This document shows, piece by piece, positions 1 through 8,114 of a stretch of 32,000 bases of DNA. The DNA lies in assembly GCF_018398935.1 (NCBI RefSeq), contig NZ_CP074694.1:210001-242000 (forward strand), in the 5' to 3' direction. Under the pieces are notes generated by a model. That model had not been told where the DNA came from and did not search any database. It was given only the letters and a program-made list of their open reading frames with translations. Made by a program: the position numbers and the translations under genes. The stretch comes from Telmatocola sphagniphila (lineage in GTDB: Bacteria; Planctomycetota; Planctomycetia; Gemmatales; Gemmataceae). Positions within the stretch are counted from its first letter, which is position 1. Every line of letters starts with the position of its first letter.

Positions 1-674
1 AACACGCGAGAGCAGGCATCGGCTGTGGCCCCCGTAGTTAGTACGTCGTCTACCAGGATAACTTTCTGGTTTTTTAATGAGATAGAACTGTGCAATTCGA
101 ATGCCTGTTTCAGGTTCTTACGGCGTTCCGTACCGGAAAGCGATTTCTGATCTTCTGACCGGCGTTTTCGACGGAGGGTTCGACTTTCCGGAATCTTCAG
201 CTGGCGTGCCAATTCTCTGGCCAGGAAATGGCATTGGTTGAATCCTCGTTCCCAGCGCCGCGACCAGTGCAAGGGGACGGGAACTACCAGTTGGCAGTCA
301 CGGGGGAGTTTCGGGCTCATTTTTCCGGCCCACCAGTGGGCGAACAGGTGCGCATAAGTTTCTTCGTGGGCTTTTTTGAGACGGAGCGCGGCGGATCTCC
401 AGGCTTCCTTGTAGGGACCCAGACGAACCACGCTGGAGAAATGATAGTTCTCCTCCCGGCAGTACTTGCAGCCTTCCTCGGATTCGGTGAAGGCACCTAT
501 CGTACTGGCACAGCGGGGGCAGACGGTGGATTCGTCCGTCAACCAGGCATTTGTGCACTCGTTACAGAAGGGGGAACGATCGTCGGGGCTCGGTCGGTCG
601 CATTGCCAGCAGACCGGCGGAAACAGCCGAGCTTGTAAAGAGTGCCACCAATCAAAAATTTGGGCGTGCGTCAT
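1..674 (-). CDS. comF: ComF-family protein (ComFC-like, phosphoribosyltransferase-type domain); 3' end lies outside the window
   Basis: Absent from the supplied ORF track because it has no stop inside the window. My reverse-strand translation from the ATG (complement of 672..674) reads MTHAQIFDWWHSLQARLFPPVCWQCDRPSPDDRSPFCNECTNAWLTDESTVCPRCASTIG..CKYCREENYHFSSVVRLGPYKEAWRSAALRLKKAHEE..LVVPVPLHWSRRWERGFNQCHFLARELARQL..ERRKNLKQAFEL..KVILVDDVLTTGATADA. The ComF signature is present: paired CxxC zinc-finger motifs, PLHxxRxxxRGFNQ, RxxNxxxAF and the VDDVxTTGAT PRPP loop. Track ORFs 228..638(+), 298..558(-) and 466..690(+) are wrong-frame shadows of this gene. Confidence 0.85.
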   Translation of the reverse strand, partial: MTHAQIFDWWHSLQARLFPPVCWQCDRPSPDDRSPFCNECTNAWLTDESTVCPRCASTIGAFTESEEGCKYCREENYHFSSVVRLGPYKEAWRSAALRLKKAHEETYAHLFAHWWAGKMSPKLPRDCQLVVPVPLHWSRRWERGFNQCHFLARELARQLKIPESRTLRRKRRSEDQKSLSGTERRKNLKQAFELHSSISLKNQKVILVDDVLTTGATADACSRV

Positions 675-1254
675 AGAGAAATTTTGGTAAACCAGGTAAA
701 GTAAGAATAGAGAGAAAAATTTTCCGTTTTACCAGAATGTCGAAAAATTGGACTGGATAAGATCCGGTATTTGATGTAATTAGTGAGACTGTGGAAACAT
801 GTTAATTCTGGCAAGTAAATTGCCGATAAGGCTCGTAAGCTAGGAGGGCGAGGAAAGGAAGCGTGGCACGAAGCTACGGAAGGGAATCATCGATATCGCG
901 TTCGATTTGCGATCTTCAGAATTGGCGACAATAGCGAAAGATTGGCAAATAGTCGTAAAAGCGCGTTTTCGGATGCTGGAGGATTCAGGTTGACTGAATC
1001 GGTGGGAAAGTTACAATCGCTTCCGTGATTGGACGCGGTCGAAGTATCCCAACCAACCAAAGTCAACGGGATCGCTCGTGTTTTCTCACCGCTTGAAGAT
1101 CTGGTAAATCAGTTGATGACGGATTCATCAAAAACTGAAGTACCGGATCTGGCGATCAGGGATGATTCCGGTCCATGTTGAAACGACTTGAAGGACGAGT
1201 CGTGCCTAGGACCTTACTCGTGCGATCTGGCGAGGGCCAGTCAAGGACAAACGC

Positions 1255-1842
1255 ATGAAAACGGTGTTCACGACGGGCGAAGCTGCGAAAATCTGCAAGG
1301 TGAGTCAGCAGACCATCATTCGCTGCTTCGACAATGGCCAACTGAAAGGATTCCGGGTTCCGGGATCTCGGTTTCGGCGAATTCCGCGCGAAGCTCTTTA
1401 CAAGTTCATGAAAGACAATGGCATCCCAACCGATGCTCTCGAAAGCGGCAAGCGTAAAGTGCTGCTGGTCGACGACGATGCCGAATTGCTGGAACTGATC
1501 AACAACGTACTGAACGAAGACGGACGCTTCGAAGTCCGCACCGCTGGCAACGGATTCGACGCCGGCATGATGGTCAAGGACTACCGTCCCGACCTCATCG
1601 TTCTGGATGTAATGCTGCCGGATATCAACGGCCGCGAAGTTTGCCACCGCGTCCGGGCGGACAGTGCTCTGGAAGATGTGCGCATTCTTTGCATCAGCGG
1701 TATGATCGAAGAAGACAAGATTCAGGAGTTGCGACTCAGCGGTGCAGACGACTTCCTGCACAAACCGTTCGAGATCGAAGCCCTGATTGACCGGATGTGC
1801 GGACTGCTGGATATGGAGCCAGCTACCGCAGCCCTGGTTTGA
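1255..1842 (+). CDS. Response regulator with N-terminal excisionase/MerR-type HTH and C-terminal CheY-like receiver
   Basis: The N-terminus TTGEAAKICKVSQQTIIRCFDNGQLKGFRVPGSRFRRIPREAL matches the excisionase-family HTH pattern. The receiver follows: KVLLVDDD acidic pocket, phospho-acceptor context DLIVLDVMLPDING, and the conserved Lys in LHKPF. ATG start at 1255. Confidence 0.85.
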   Translation: MKTVFTTGEAAKICKVSQQTIIRCFDNGQLKGFRVPGSRFRRIPREALYKFMKDNGIPTDALESGKRKVLLVDDDAELLELINNVLNEDGRFEVRTAGNGFDAGMMVKDYRPDLIVLDVMLPDINGREVCHRVRADSALEDVRILCISGMIEEDKIQELRLSGADDFLHKPFEIEALIDRMCGLLDMEPATAALV

Positions 1843-1930
1843 AGAGATGGAATTAAGAAATCCGGATCGAATGCCACCTAGCGTGGCCGGGATCCGGGAT
1901 TCCGATTAGTTAGCCATCTCCCGCCAGGCG

Positions 1931-3517
1931 TTGAACATCAAGATCGAAGGAGCGATCGCGGTGATGACCCAGGGAGAGGGCGAACATTCCACCGGAGCCG
2001 ATTGGCTGCGTCCGGAGTCCGCTACCATTGCGGCTCTGACTCGCTTGCATCCCATGCAAAACTGGGATTGCCTGCAGCGCGACCCCGCGTTGCTGTTGCT
2101 GATTGCCAACCACCTCCACCATCGCGTGACGCCCGGTACTTTAACCGAGGCGATCGCCGACATTCTCGATTCCGATCATCTCCTGCGAAGAATCGAAGCT
2201 CAACTCGATCAGCCTTCAGATTCCCTACAGCCCTCGACACTGGAAAGAATGCAGCGCCGACTCGATCTGGCGACGGCTTGCAGCAAAATCCTGGCCTGGA
2301 ACGATGGCCCCGCAATACGGTTCGCCGCCGGATTGATGGAAATTGGGCTGTATTTCGTCGATGACCGTGAAATCCCCTCGTCGATTGAACTTCAAGTTGA
2401 AAAATGGGGGCTTCATCTCGGAGAAATTCACCGAAGACTGGCTCGCAGAAATCACTGGCCGGTCTGGCTCCGGGAAGCTCTGAGCCGATGGATGTTGCCG
2501 ACGCGACCCGCCGACGCGAATCCGGTTCTACAGGCGCTGCGAGTTGTCGATGAACTCGATCGGGCTCTGCAGCAGGGAAGCCTACCTGCTGAGATTATCA
2601 ATAAATGCAATTTGTCTCCGGAACAATTCAGGAAGATTGTAATTATGATCGGAGAATTGAAATTTCGTCGTCCCGCAGCCAATCCCGGCCTCCGTCCGTG
2701 GCTTGCCGCCGCGCTGGAGACTCGTCAGCAGGCTCGAACGAATATCAGCGATGAAGAAATGGATCTGCTGGAACGGCAGGTTGCCCAGCCGAAAAGTTAT
2801 CTCGACGAAGCCGATTTGCGGAATCAAAAATTGCGTTCCCTCGCGGAATTCGCGGGCGGGGCTTCTCACGAGATCAACAATCCACTTGCCATTATCTCCG
2901 GACATGCTCAGTATCTCTTGAATCATACTGAAGAGGAAAAATGGCAAAAAGCCCTTTGGGCCATCATCCGCCAGACCGAGCGCGTACATGCGATTCTGAA
3001 CGATGTCATGCGTTTTGCTCGCCCCGGTTTGCTCCACGAGGAATCGGTCGATGTCGGGGAAGTGCTTCAACAACTGGTCAACGAATACAAGCCGGTGGCT
3101 GAGCCGAAGCGAATTTCGCTATCCTCTCAGGCAGGACAAGCCCTGTTTATCAAGGCCGACCGGGCTCAGCTGAAACATGGTCTGGGCTGTCTGCTGGTAA
3201 ATTCCATTGAAGCGATTGTCAGCAATGGGTGGGCCAAGTTCGATACAACGATCGATGCGAACGGCGCACTGACGATTGCCATCGAAGACAGCGGCCCGGG
3301 GATCCCGGCGAGCCAGATCGATCATATTTTCGATCCCTTTTTCTCCGGCCGCAGTGCAGGACGCGGCAAGGGATTGGGATTGTCCATAGCATGGCGAGTG
3401 GCCGATCTGCATGGCGGATCGATCCGTTATTCCCCCAAGCCGAATGGACCCACCCGATTCGAAATCGAATTGCCTTCGGATAGGCTGCAGAATTCGCTTG
3501 GCCGGATGAGTGCCTAA
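1931..3517 (+). CDS. Sensor histidine kinase (HisKA + HATPase_c), apparently soluble/cytoplasmic
   Basis: H-box is SHEINNPLAIISGHAQYL. ATPase boxes are LLVNSIEA, IEDSGPGIP and FDPFFSGRSAGRGKGLGLSIAWRVADLHGG. I see no clear TM helix in the ~300-aa N-terminal sensor region, which looks loosely HDOD-like (DPALLLLIANHL, AAGLMEIGLYF); that assignment is tentative. The first in-frame start is TTG 1931. GAAGGA at 1946..1951 followed by GTG 1961 / ATG 1964 is a likelier start. Confidence 0.85.
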   Translation: MNIKIEGAIAVMTQGEGEHSTGADWLRPESATIAALTRLHPMQNWDCLQRDPALLLLIANHLHHRVTPGTLTEAIADILDSDHLLRRIEAQLDQPSDSLQPSTLERMQRRLDLATACSKILAWNDGPAIRFAAGLMEIGLYFVDDREIPSSIELQVEKWGLHLGEIHRRLARRNHWPVWLREALSRWMLPTRPADANPVLQALRVVDELDRALQQGSLPAEIINKCNLSPEQFRKIVIMIGELKFRRPAANPGLRPWLAAALETRQQARTNISDEEMDLLERQVAQPKSYLDEADLRNQKLRSLAEFAGGASHEINNPLAIISGHAQYLLNHTEEEKWQKALWAIIRQTERVHAILNDVMRFARPGLLHEESVDVGEVLQQLVNEYKPVAEPKRISLSSQAGQALFIKADRAQLKHGLGCLLVNSIEAIVSNGWAKFDTTIDANGALTIAIEDSGPGIPASQIDHIFDPFFSGRSAGRGKGLGLSIAWRVADLHGGSIRYSPKPNGPTRFEIELPSDRLQNSLGRMSA

Positions 3518-3614
3518 CACCATTCCCGGGGGATTTCGATTAGCCGATTGCTTCGTCCTGCGGTATACGGTAAAGTGTCCGTACCGAAATTTGATTCTCT
3601 CCCGCCGGAATGTC

Positions 3615-5048
3615 ATGTCCATTACTTCTTCCGAAAAGCCCACCGGTGTCCGCTACACGATACTGTTGCTGCTCTGCTGCCTGGCGATGATCACCTATAT
3701 CGACCGGGCCGTGGTCTCCAATGCCAAAGATGACATCATGGACTCGGTTGGCCAGGATCGGGCCGACATGTATTATCTTCTAGTCGCGTTCCAGCTCGCC
3801 TACGCTTTATTTGAGATTCCGACCGGCTGGCTCGGCGACCGCTTCGGACCGCGCTCCACTCTCTTTCGCATCGTTATCTGGTGGACCATTTTTTTGAGTC
3901 TGACGGGGTTGGCCGGTCTGAAATTCGGCGGCGAAACCATGCTGATCGGGTTCAGCGCCTTGCTTCTGATTCAATTTCTCTTCGGGATGGGAGAAGCCGG
4001 AGCATTTCCCAATATTTCGCGAGCGATCTATAACTGGTTTCCGGCCTCGCAACGAGGTTTCGCCTCTGGTTGCGTCTGGCTTTCCGCCCGTCTGATGGGC
4101 GGGTTGACCCCGTTAATCTGGCTGTTCATGACCGATGCGGGCTTTCTTTCTTTGAACTGGAGGCAGGGCTTTGCTATTTTTGCCGGTTTAGCTTCATTAT
4201 GGTGCCTCATCTTCTATTTCTGGTTCCGCAATACCCCTCTGGAGCATCCGAGGGCGAATGAAGCGGAACGCAATTTTATCCTGGCTCATCACGTTCCGCA
4301 AAGCGGCTCGCATTCGATTCCCTGGAAAATCTTGTTCGGGAATGCCAACATGCGGGCGATCTGCGGCATGTATTTCTGCCTGAATTTTGCCTGGTACTTC
4401 TTCATGTATTTTCTGCCGGGATTCATGAAGGAAAACTTCGGATTGCCCCGAACCAGTATCGGCGCTTTGGGCGGCGGGTTGACCGTGGCTTCTGCCGACC
4501 TCGCGCAATCTACGCAACAGAAAATCTTAATCGCTTTTTTCTCAGGAGGACCATTGCTCCTGGGTATGTTCGGATGTCTGATCGGCGGCTTTCTCACGGA
4601 CGCTTATGTTCGCAAAACGGGTGATCGCAAATGGGGTCGCCGGCTTTTCGGCATGATCGGCTTTGGCGGCGCCAGCTTGAGCTATATCCTGGCTCTGGTT
4701 TTCATCTCCAACATTTATGCATTCGCTTTTCTCATCGCTTTGGCGGGTTTTTTCAATGACCTGACCATGAGTTCCTGCTGGGCGACCTGTCAGGATGTGG
4801 GGCGACGGAACGCAGCCATGGTTTCGGGGTGCATGAATATGATCGGCAATCTCGGTGCGGTGCTGACGAACTACGTCACCGGCAAGATTCTGAAAAGCTA
4901 TACCGGTGCCGATATCAGCCAGGGATACTTCCTTTGCATCTCTTTATTTGCACTGGCCTATTTTCTCGGCTGTCTAATTTGGATGAAAATCGACGCCACC
5001 AAACCGATTTTTCCCGACTCGGATGACTCGCTCGGCGCGAAAAAATGA
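3615..5048 (+). CDS. MFS transporter (anion:cation symporter / hexuronate-type family by overall look)
   Basis: The sequence is polytopic and hydrophobic throughout. It carries an MFS loop motif, GWLGDRFGPRSTL, and a second-half repeat, FLTDAYVRKTGDRKWGRR. The track ORF starts at 3510, overlaps the kinase stop and encodes a non-hydrophobic leader. The ATG at 3615 (MSITSSEKPTGVRYTILLLLCCLAMITYIDRA) is the plausible start. Confidence 0.8.
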   Translation: MSITSSEKPTGVRYTILLLLCCLAMITYIDRAVVSNAKDDIMDSVGQDRADMYYLLVAFQLAYALFEIPTGWLGDRFGPRSTLFRIVIWWTIFLSLTGLAGLKFGGETMLIGFSALLLIQFLFGMGEAGAFPNISRAIYNWFPASQRGFASGCVWLSARLMGGLTPLIWLFMTDAGFLSLNWRQGFAIFAGLASLWCLIFYFWFRNTPLEHPRANEAERNFILAHHVPQSGSHSIPWKILFGNANMRAICGMYFCLNFAWYFFMYFLPGFMKENFGLPRTSIGALGGGLTVASADLAQSTQQKILIAFFSGGPLLLGMFGCLIGGFLTDAYVRKTGDRKWGRRLFGMIGFGGASLSYILALVFISNIYAFAFLIALAGFFNDLTMSSCWATCQDVGRRNAAMVSGCMNMIGNLGAVLTNYVTGKILKSYTGADISQGYFLCISLFALAYFLGCLIWMKIDATKPIFPDSDDSLGAKK

Positions 5049-5120
5049 GCCAGAATCGAAGCGCCTCTCTTCGGGCACTTTTCCACCCTATAGTTTAGCT
5101 CCGAGCGATGGAGTTATCGT

Positions 5121-5151
5121 TTCGTTCTGATTTCAGTTGAAATAGAACGAA
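5121..5151 (+). terminator. AU-rich hairpin downstream of the MFS gene (weak terminator candidate)
   Basis: ttcgttct(g)atttc-agtt-gaaatagaacgaa forms 13 bp with one bulged G and a 4-nt loop, about 75 nt after the stop at 5048. There is no following T-run, so confidence is low. Confidence 0.3.
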
Positions 5152-5220
5152 TGCCGGGCACAAAATACGTCCTCAACGACTTTTCGGGTTGCAGGTCTTC
5201 CTAATTTCCGGGAGCGAATT

Positions 5221-7863
5221 GTGAGTCTGAACTGTCCGCATTGCGGATTTTTGATTAATCCCAAAAGTCCTAAACCAGGTCGCTTTCAGCCGAAGTGTCC
5301 TAAATGCGGCCAGTCCTTTCTGCTGAGTATTCCAACCGATGTCTCGCAACCCTGGCAGGTGGAAAAGCTTCCAACTCCGAAGTTGGAAGTTCTATCGGAC
5401 GCTCCAGGTGTCACTGCTCTCCGGCAACAGTCGAGTCTCTCCGCCTCGGAACCCATTGCCAGAACTCGATACAAATCCCGGCCTGGAGAATTCGATAGGA
5501 CGGAGGTACCGGTTGGGCCTACCAAGGTCGATGCGGGTAACGATGCCACTGTCATGGGCAATTCCCCCCGGCCCGAGGTAAGCGTTGAAGAACCCTCCCT
5601 CCCTAAGCTTTTAGGCGGCTACGAGATCCAGAGAGAACTGGGCCATGGCGGTATGGGATCGGTCTATCTGGCCCGCCAAATTTCGCTGGATCGATCCGTC
5701 GCATTGAAAATCATGAATCCCAAATGGGCGGAAGACCGCGTTTTTCTGTCCCGATTTACGCGGGAAGCTTATGCTGCGGCCCAACTCGTTCACCATAACG
5801 TTGTTCAGATCTACGACATCGGAGAAGAAAAAGGCTTCAATTTCTTCAGCATGGAATTTGTGGATGGCAGATCCCTGGGCGATCTGGTCAAGAAAAATGG
5901 CAAGATGCCTCCTAAAGAAGCGATCGGGCTCATACTGCAAGCGGCCCGCGGTCTGCAATTCGCTCACGATCGCGGCATGATTCACCGCGATGTGAAACCG
6001 GACAATCTGATGCTGAATAAGCAGGGGATAGTCAAAGTCGCCGATCTGGGCTTGGTCAAGACTCCGGGGATGTCCAAGGCTCACGATGCAAAATCCTCCG
6101 GGCCAAAAGTCAAATTGTCCAAAAGTATGGAGGTATTCGTCCAGGAAGTGACGCAGGCTCACACGGCCATGGGCTCGCCTGCTTACATGTCTCCGGAACA
6201 GTGCCGGGACGCCTCGCAAGTGGACTTGCGGGCGGATATCTATTCTCTGGGCTGCACTCTGTATGTACTGCTGACCGGCAGGCCCCCCTTCTCCGGGGAG
6301 ACGGCTCTCGAAGTGATGAGTAAGCATGCGTTTGAAGACCCGATTCCTCCCGATCAGATCGTTAAAGAGGTGCCAGCCGAAGTTTCCAATCTGCTCATGC
6401 GCATGATTGCCAAGAGCCCCGATGTTCGCTACCCGAGCATGAAAGAATTGATCGAGGATTTCGAACTCTACCTCATTGGGGACACGGGTAAAGAATCGAC
6501 GCCGGAACAGGACACTTCCGAACTGCAGGGTTTGGTCCATCAGTTCAACTCTGTCCCCGCAGTCAAACACCGAAAGCTGGCCCTTTTAAGTTTTGCCCTG
6601 GTGGGAACTTTGGGATCACTACTTTTATTGTTTTCCGGTTCGGTGTATGGTTTGGCTCTACTGCTCACAATCTTTCAAACTGTTCTGGCTTACTTCCTAC
6701 TTCAGGGAATCCGGGAGAAAACCTATTTATTCTCCAAGGTACGCGAATGGCTGTTCGGAAGTCGGTTTATCGATTGGCTGACTTATCTAGCAGGTGCGGC
6801 GTTACTTGTGTTCGCCAGTTATTTGACCGGAATGCTCGCGCTCTGGATCGGGTCGCTGCTCCTCGCGGGAATCTGGGCTTTTGCCTTTTATTTTTTATTC
6901 GACAACAAGATCAATTCTGTTCGGGAACCCATCATCGAGGCCGCGGAGAAGATTCTGCGCGGCTGGCGTATGCAGGGTCGGGAGGAATCGGAACTTCAAC
7001 TGTTGGTGGCTCAGACGGCCGGTCGTCATTGGGAGGAGTTCTATGAAGCACTGTTCGGCTACGAATCGAAGCTGGCAATGCGGACTGAGTTGGGAGAGCA
7101 GAACCCGCAACTAGTGATCCATCGCTATGCGACTTGGCGCGAACCGATTATCAATCGAATTCAATCGATTCAAAATGCGAGAAAAGCGCAGCGTGAGAAG
7201 AAATTTCTGGAGAAAGTCGAGGTTCAAAAACTGGAAGCGGAAGGCTTCAGTCGGGCCGATGCGCGGGTGCGAGCCGAGGCCCAGGCCGATCGCATGGTGG
7301 AAAAAGCCGAGGAGGTATCCAAGGGGCGTAAAGCCATTCGCATGAACGATTTCTTGGAAGACGAGGAAGTGCCTGCCAAACGAGCTGTTAAGCCCTTAAG
7401 CATGAAGATCGAGGAGACGATCGGTTCACTGGTCGGTCCGAAAGTTCGATTTTTGTTGGCAGCCCTTCTCATCGCGGGAGGTTGCTTGTGGATTCGGGAA
7501 AACCTGAACGAGTTTAAAGCGAATCTCCCAAATAATCTCGAAAATCCGGAGTCGGCCTTGCGGACCTTTCTCGAAGCCACGGAGAACGCTCGCCCCCTTC
7601 AGCTTTCCCTGCTGCCGAATTCTATCAACGGTTTATTCACCTATTTCAATCCGCTGGTGGCCGGTTTATTACTGCTTTTGTCACTGGGTTATCGCGGGCG
7701 AATCATGTCGATCTGTTTCCTCGCCGGATCGGGCATCGCTTTTGTCGGACACAAGTTTGGCATCCCAGGAGTGATGGGCGTCAAATCGGAAGTGATCTCC
7801 ATCGTGGTCGGTTGCGTCATCAGTATCTTCGGTTACCTCATGGCCCGCAGGGAGCGATATTAA
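5221..7863 (+). CDS. Ser/Thr protein kinase with N-terminal zinc ribbon and large polytopic membrane C-terminal region
   Basis: GTG start with GGGAG 6 nt upstream. The zinc ribbon is CPHCG..(17)..CPKCG. Kinase motifs are LGHGGMGSVYLA, VALK, HRDVKPDNLML, VADLGL (DFG as DLG) and GSPAYMSPE. After residue ~455 there are several long hydrophobic helices (LALLSFALVGTLGSLLLLF, GLALLLTIFQTVLAYFLL, LTYLAGAALLVFASYLTGMLALWIGSLLLAGIWAFAFYFLF, FLLAALLIAGGCLWI, LVAGLLLLLSLGY, ICFLAGSGIAFVG, VISIVVGCVISIFGYLMA). These flank a charged coiled-coil-like segment, KAQREKKFLEKVEVQKLEAEGFSRADARVRAEAQADRMVEKAEE. Confidence 0.85.
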   Translation: MSLNCPHCGFLINPKSPKPGRFQPKCPKCGQSFLLSIPTDVSQPWQVEKLPTPKLEVLSDAPGVTALRQQSSLSASEPIARTRYKSRPGEFDRTEVPVGPTKVDAGNDATVMGNSPRPEVSVEEPSLPKLLGGYEIQRELGHGGMGSVYLARQISLDRSVALKIMNPKWAEDRVFLSRFTREAYAAAQLVHHNVVQIYDIGEEKGFNFFSMEFVDGRSLGDLVKKNGKMPPKEAIGLILQAARGLQFAHDRGMIHRDVKPDNLMLNKQGIVKVADLGLVKTPGMSKAHDAKSSGPKVKLSKSMEVFVQEVTQAHTAMGSPAYMSPEQCRDASQVDLRADIYSLGCTLYVLLTGRPPFSGETALEVMSKHAFEDPIPPDQIVKEVPAEVSNLLMRMIAKSPDVRYPSMKELIEDFELYLIGDTGKESTPEQDTSELQGLVHQFNSVPAVKHRKLALLSFALVGTLGSLLLLFSGSVYGLALLLTIFQTVLAYFLLQGIREKTYLFSKVREWLFGSRFIDWLTYLAGAALLVFASYLTGMLALWIGSLLLAGIWAFAFYFLFDNKINSVREPIIEAAEKILRGWRMQGREESELQLLVAQTAGRHWEEFYEALFGYESKLAMRTELGEQNPQLVIHRYATWREPIINRIQSIQNARKAQREKKFLEKVEVQKLEAEGFSRADARVRAEAQADRMVEKAEEVSKGRKAIRMNDFLEDEEVPAKRAVKPLSMKIEETIGSLVGPKVRFLLAALLIAGGCLWIRENLNEFKANLPNNLENPESALRTFLEATENARPLQLSLLPNSINGLFTYFNPLVAGLLLLLSLGYRGRIMSICFLAGSGIAFVGHKFGIPGVMGVKSEVISIVVGCVISIFGYLMARRERY

Positions 7864-8114
7864 GTCTGTCCGATCGAATTCAAATTCAGGGGATACTTTC
7901 CGAGCCATGCCGGTAGGAGACTTTAACAGCTGGGTAAGTTTTAACGCCGTGAATGGCAGTGGTACCATCGAAAGCGACCGGGAGAACTCCATTTTGAGGT
8001 CGATTTTCTGCACTGTGAAGATTACATAAGTCGTTGAACGTGCTACAATTTCATCAGAAATCTGTATAGAGTACCCTCAATAGCAGCCGGTGACTTCACC
8101 CCGAGGATTTTAAC

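Noticed and set aside
228-638. Track ORF of 136 aa on the + strand (plus 466..690+ and 298..558-).
   Set aside because: It has no motifs and an odd composition. The minus strand in another frame encodes an unmistakable ComF-family protein across the whole interval, so these are shadow ORFs.
864-879. TGGCAC, resembling a sigma-54 -24 element, in the long intergenic region.
   Set aside because: The position where the -12 TTGC should be reads tacg (TGGCAC-gaagc-TACG). It is also ~390 nt from the nearest start codon, so support is insufficient.
896-912. A tRNA-like T-arm (tcgcg-TTCGATT-tgcga).
   Set aside because: The stem closes with G-T where G53-C61 is expected. No complementary acceptor stem (the flanking tcttcag has no ctgaaga ~65 nt upstream) or anticodon arm could be built. 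This is not a tRNA.
3510-3614. N-terminal 35-codon extension of the MFS transporter ORF.
   Set aside because: It overlaps the histidine kinase stop and encodes a non-hydrophobic peptide. The ATG at 3615 gives a normal MFS N-terminus.
5611-6570. A 319-aa ORF antisense to the kinase gene. Similar long antisense ORFs occur at 1156..1761, 11254..11922, 25223..25987 and 27351..28034.
   Set aside because: Each lies opposite a gene with strong family motifs. Their translations are Arg/Gly/His-rich with no motifs. This is the typical stop-poor antisense frame of moderately GC-rich coding DNA.
8031-8059. Sigma-70-like elements upstream of the exported methyltransferase gene: TTGAAC (8044..8049) and TACAAT (8054..8059), or ATTACA-N17-TACAAT.
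   Set aside because: TTGAAC and TACAAT are only 4 nt apart, so they cannot be a -35/-10 pair. The alternative ATTACA -35 is only a 4/6 match, and promoter consensus in this lineage is uncertain to me. I left it uncalled.
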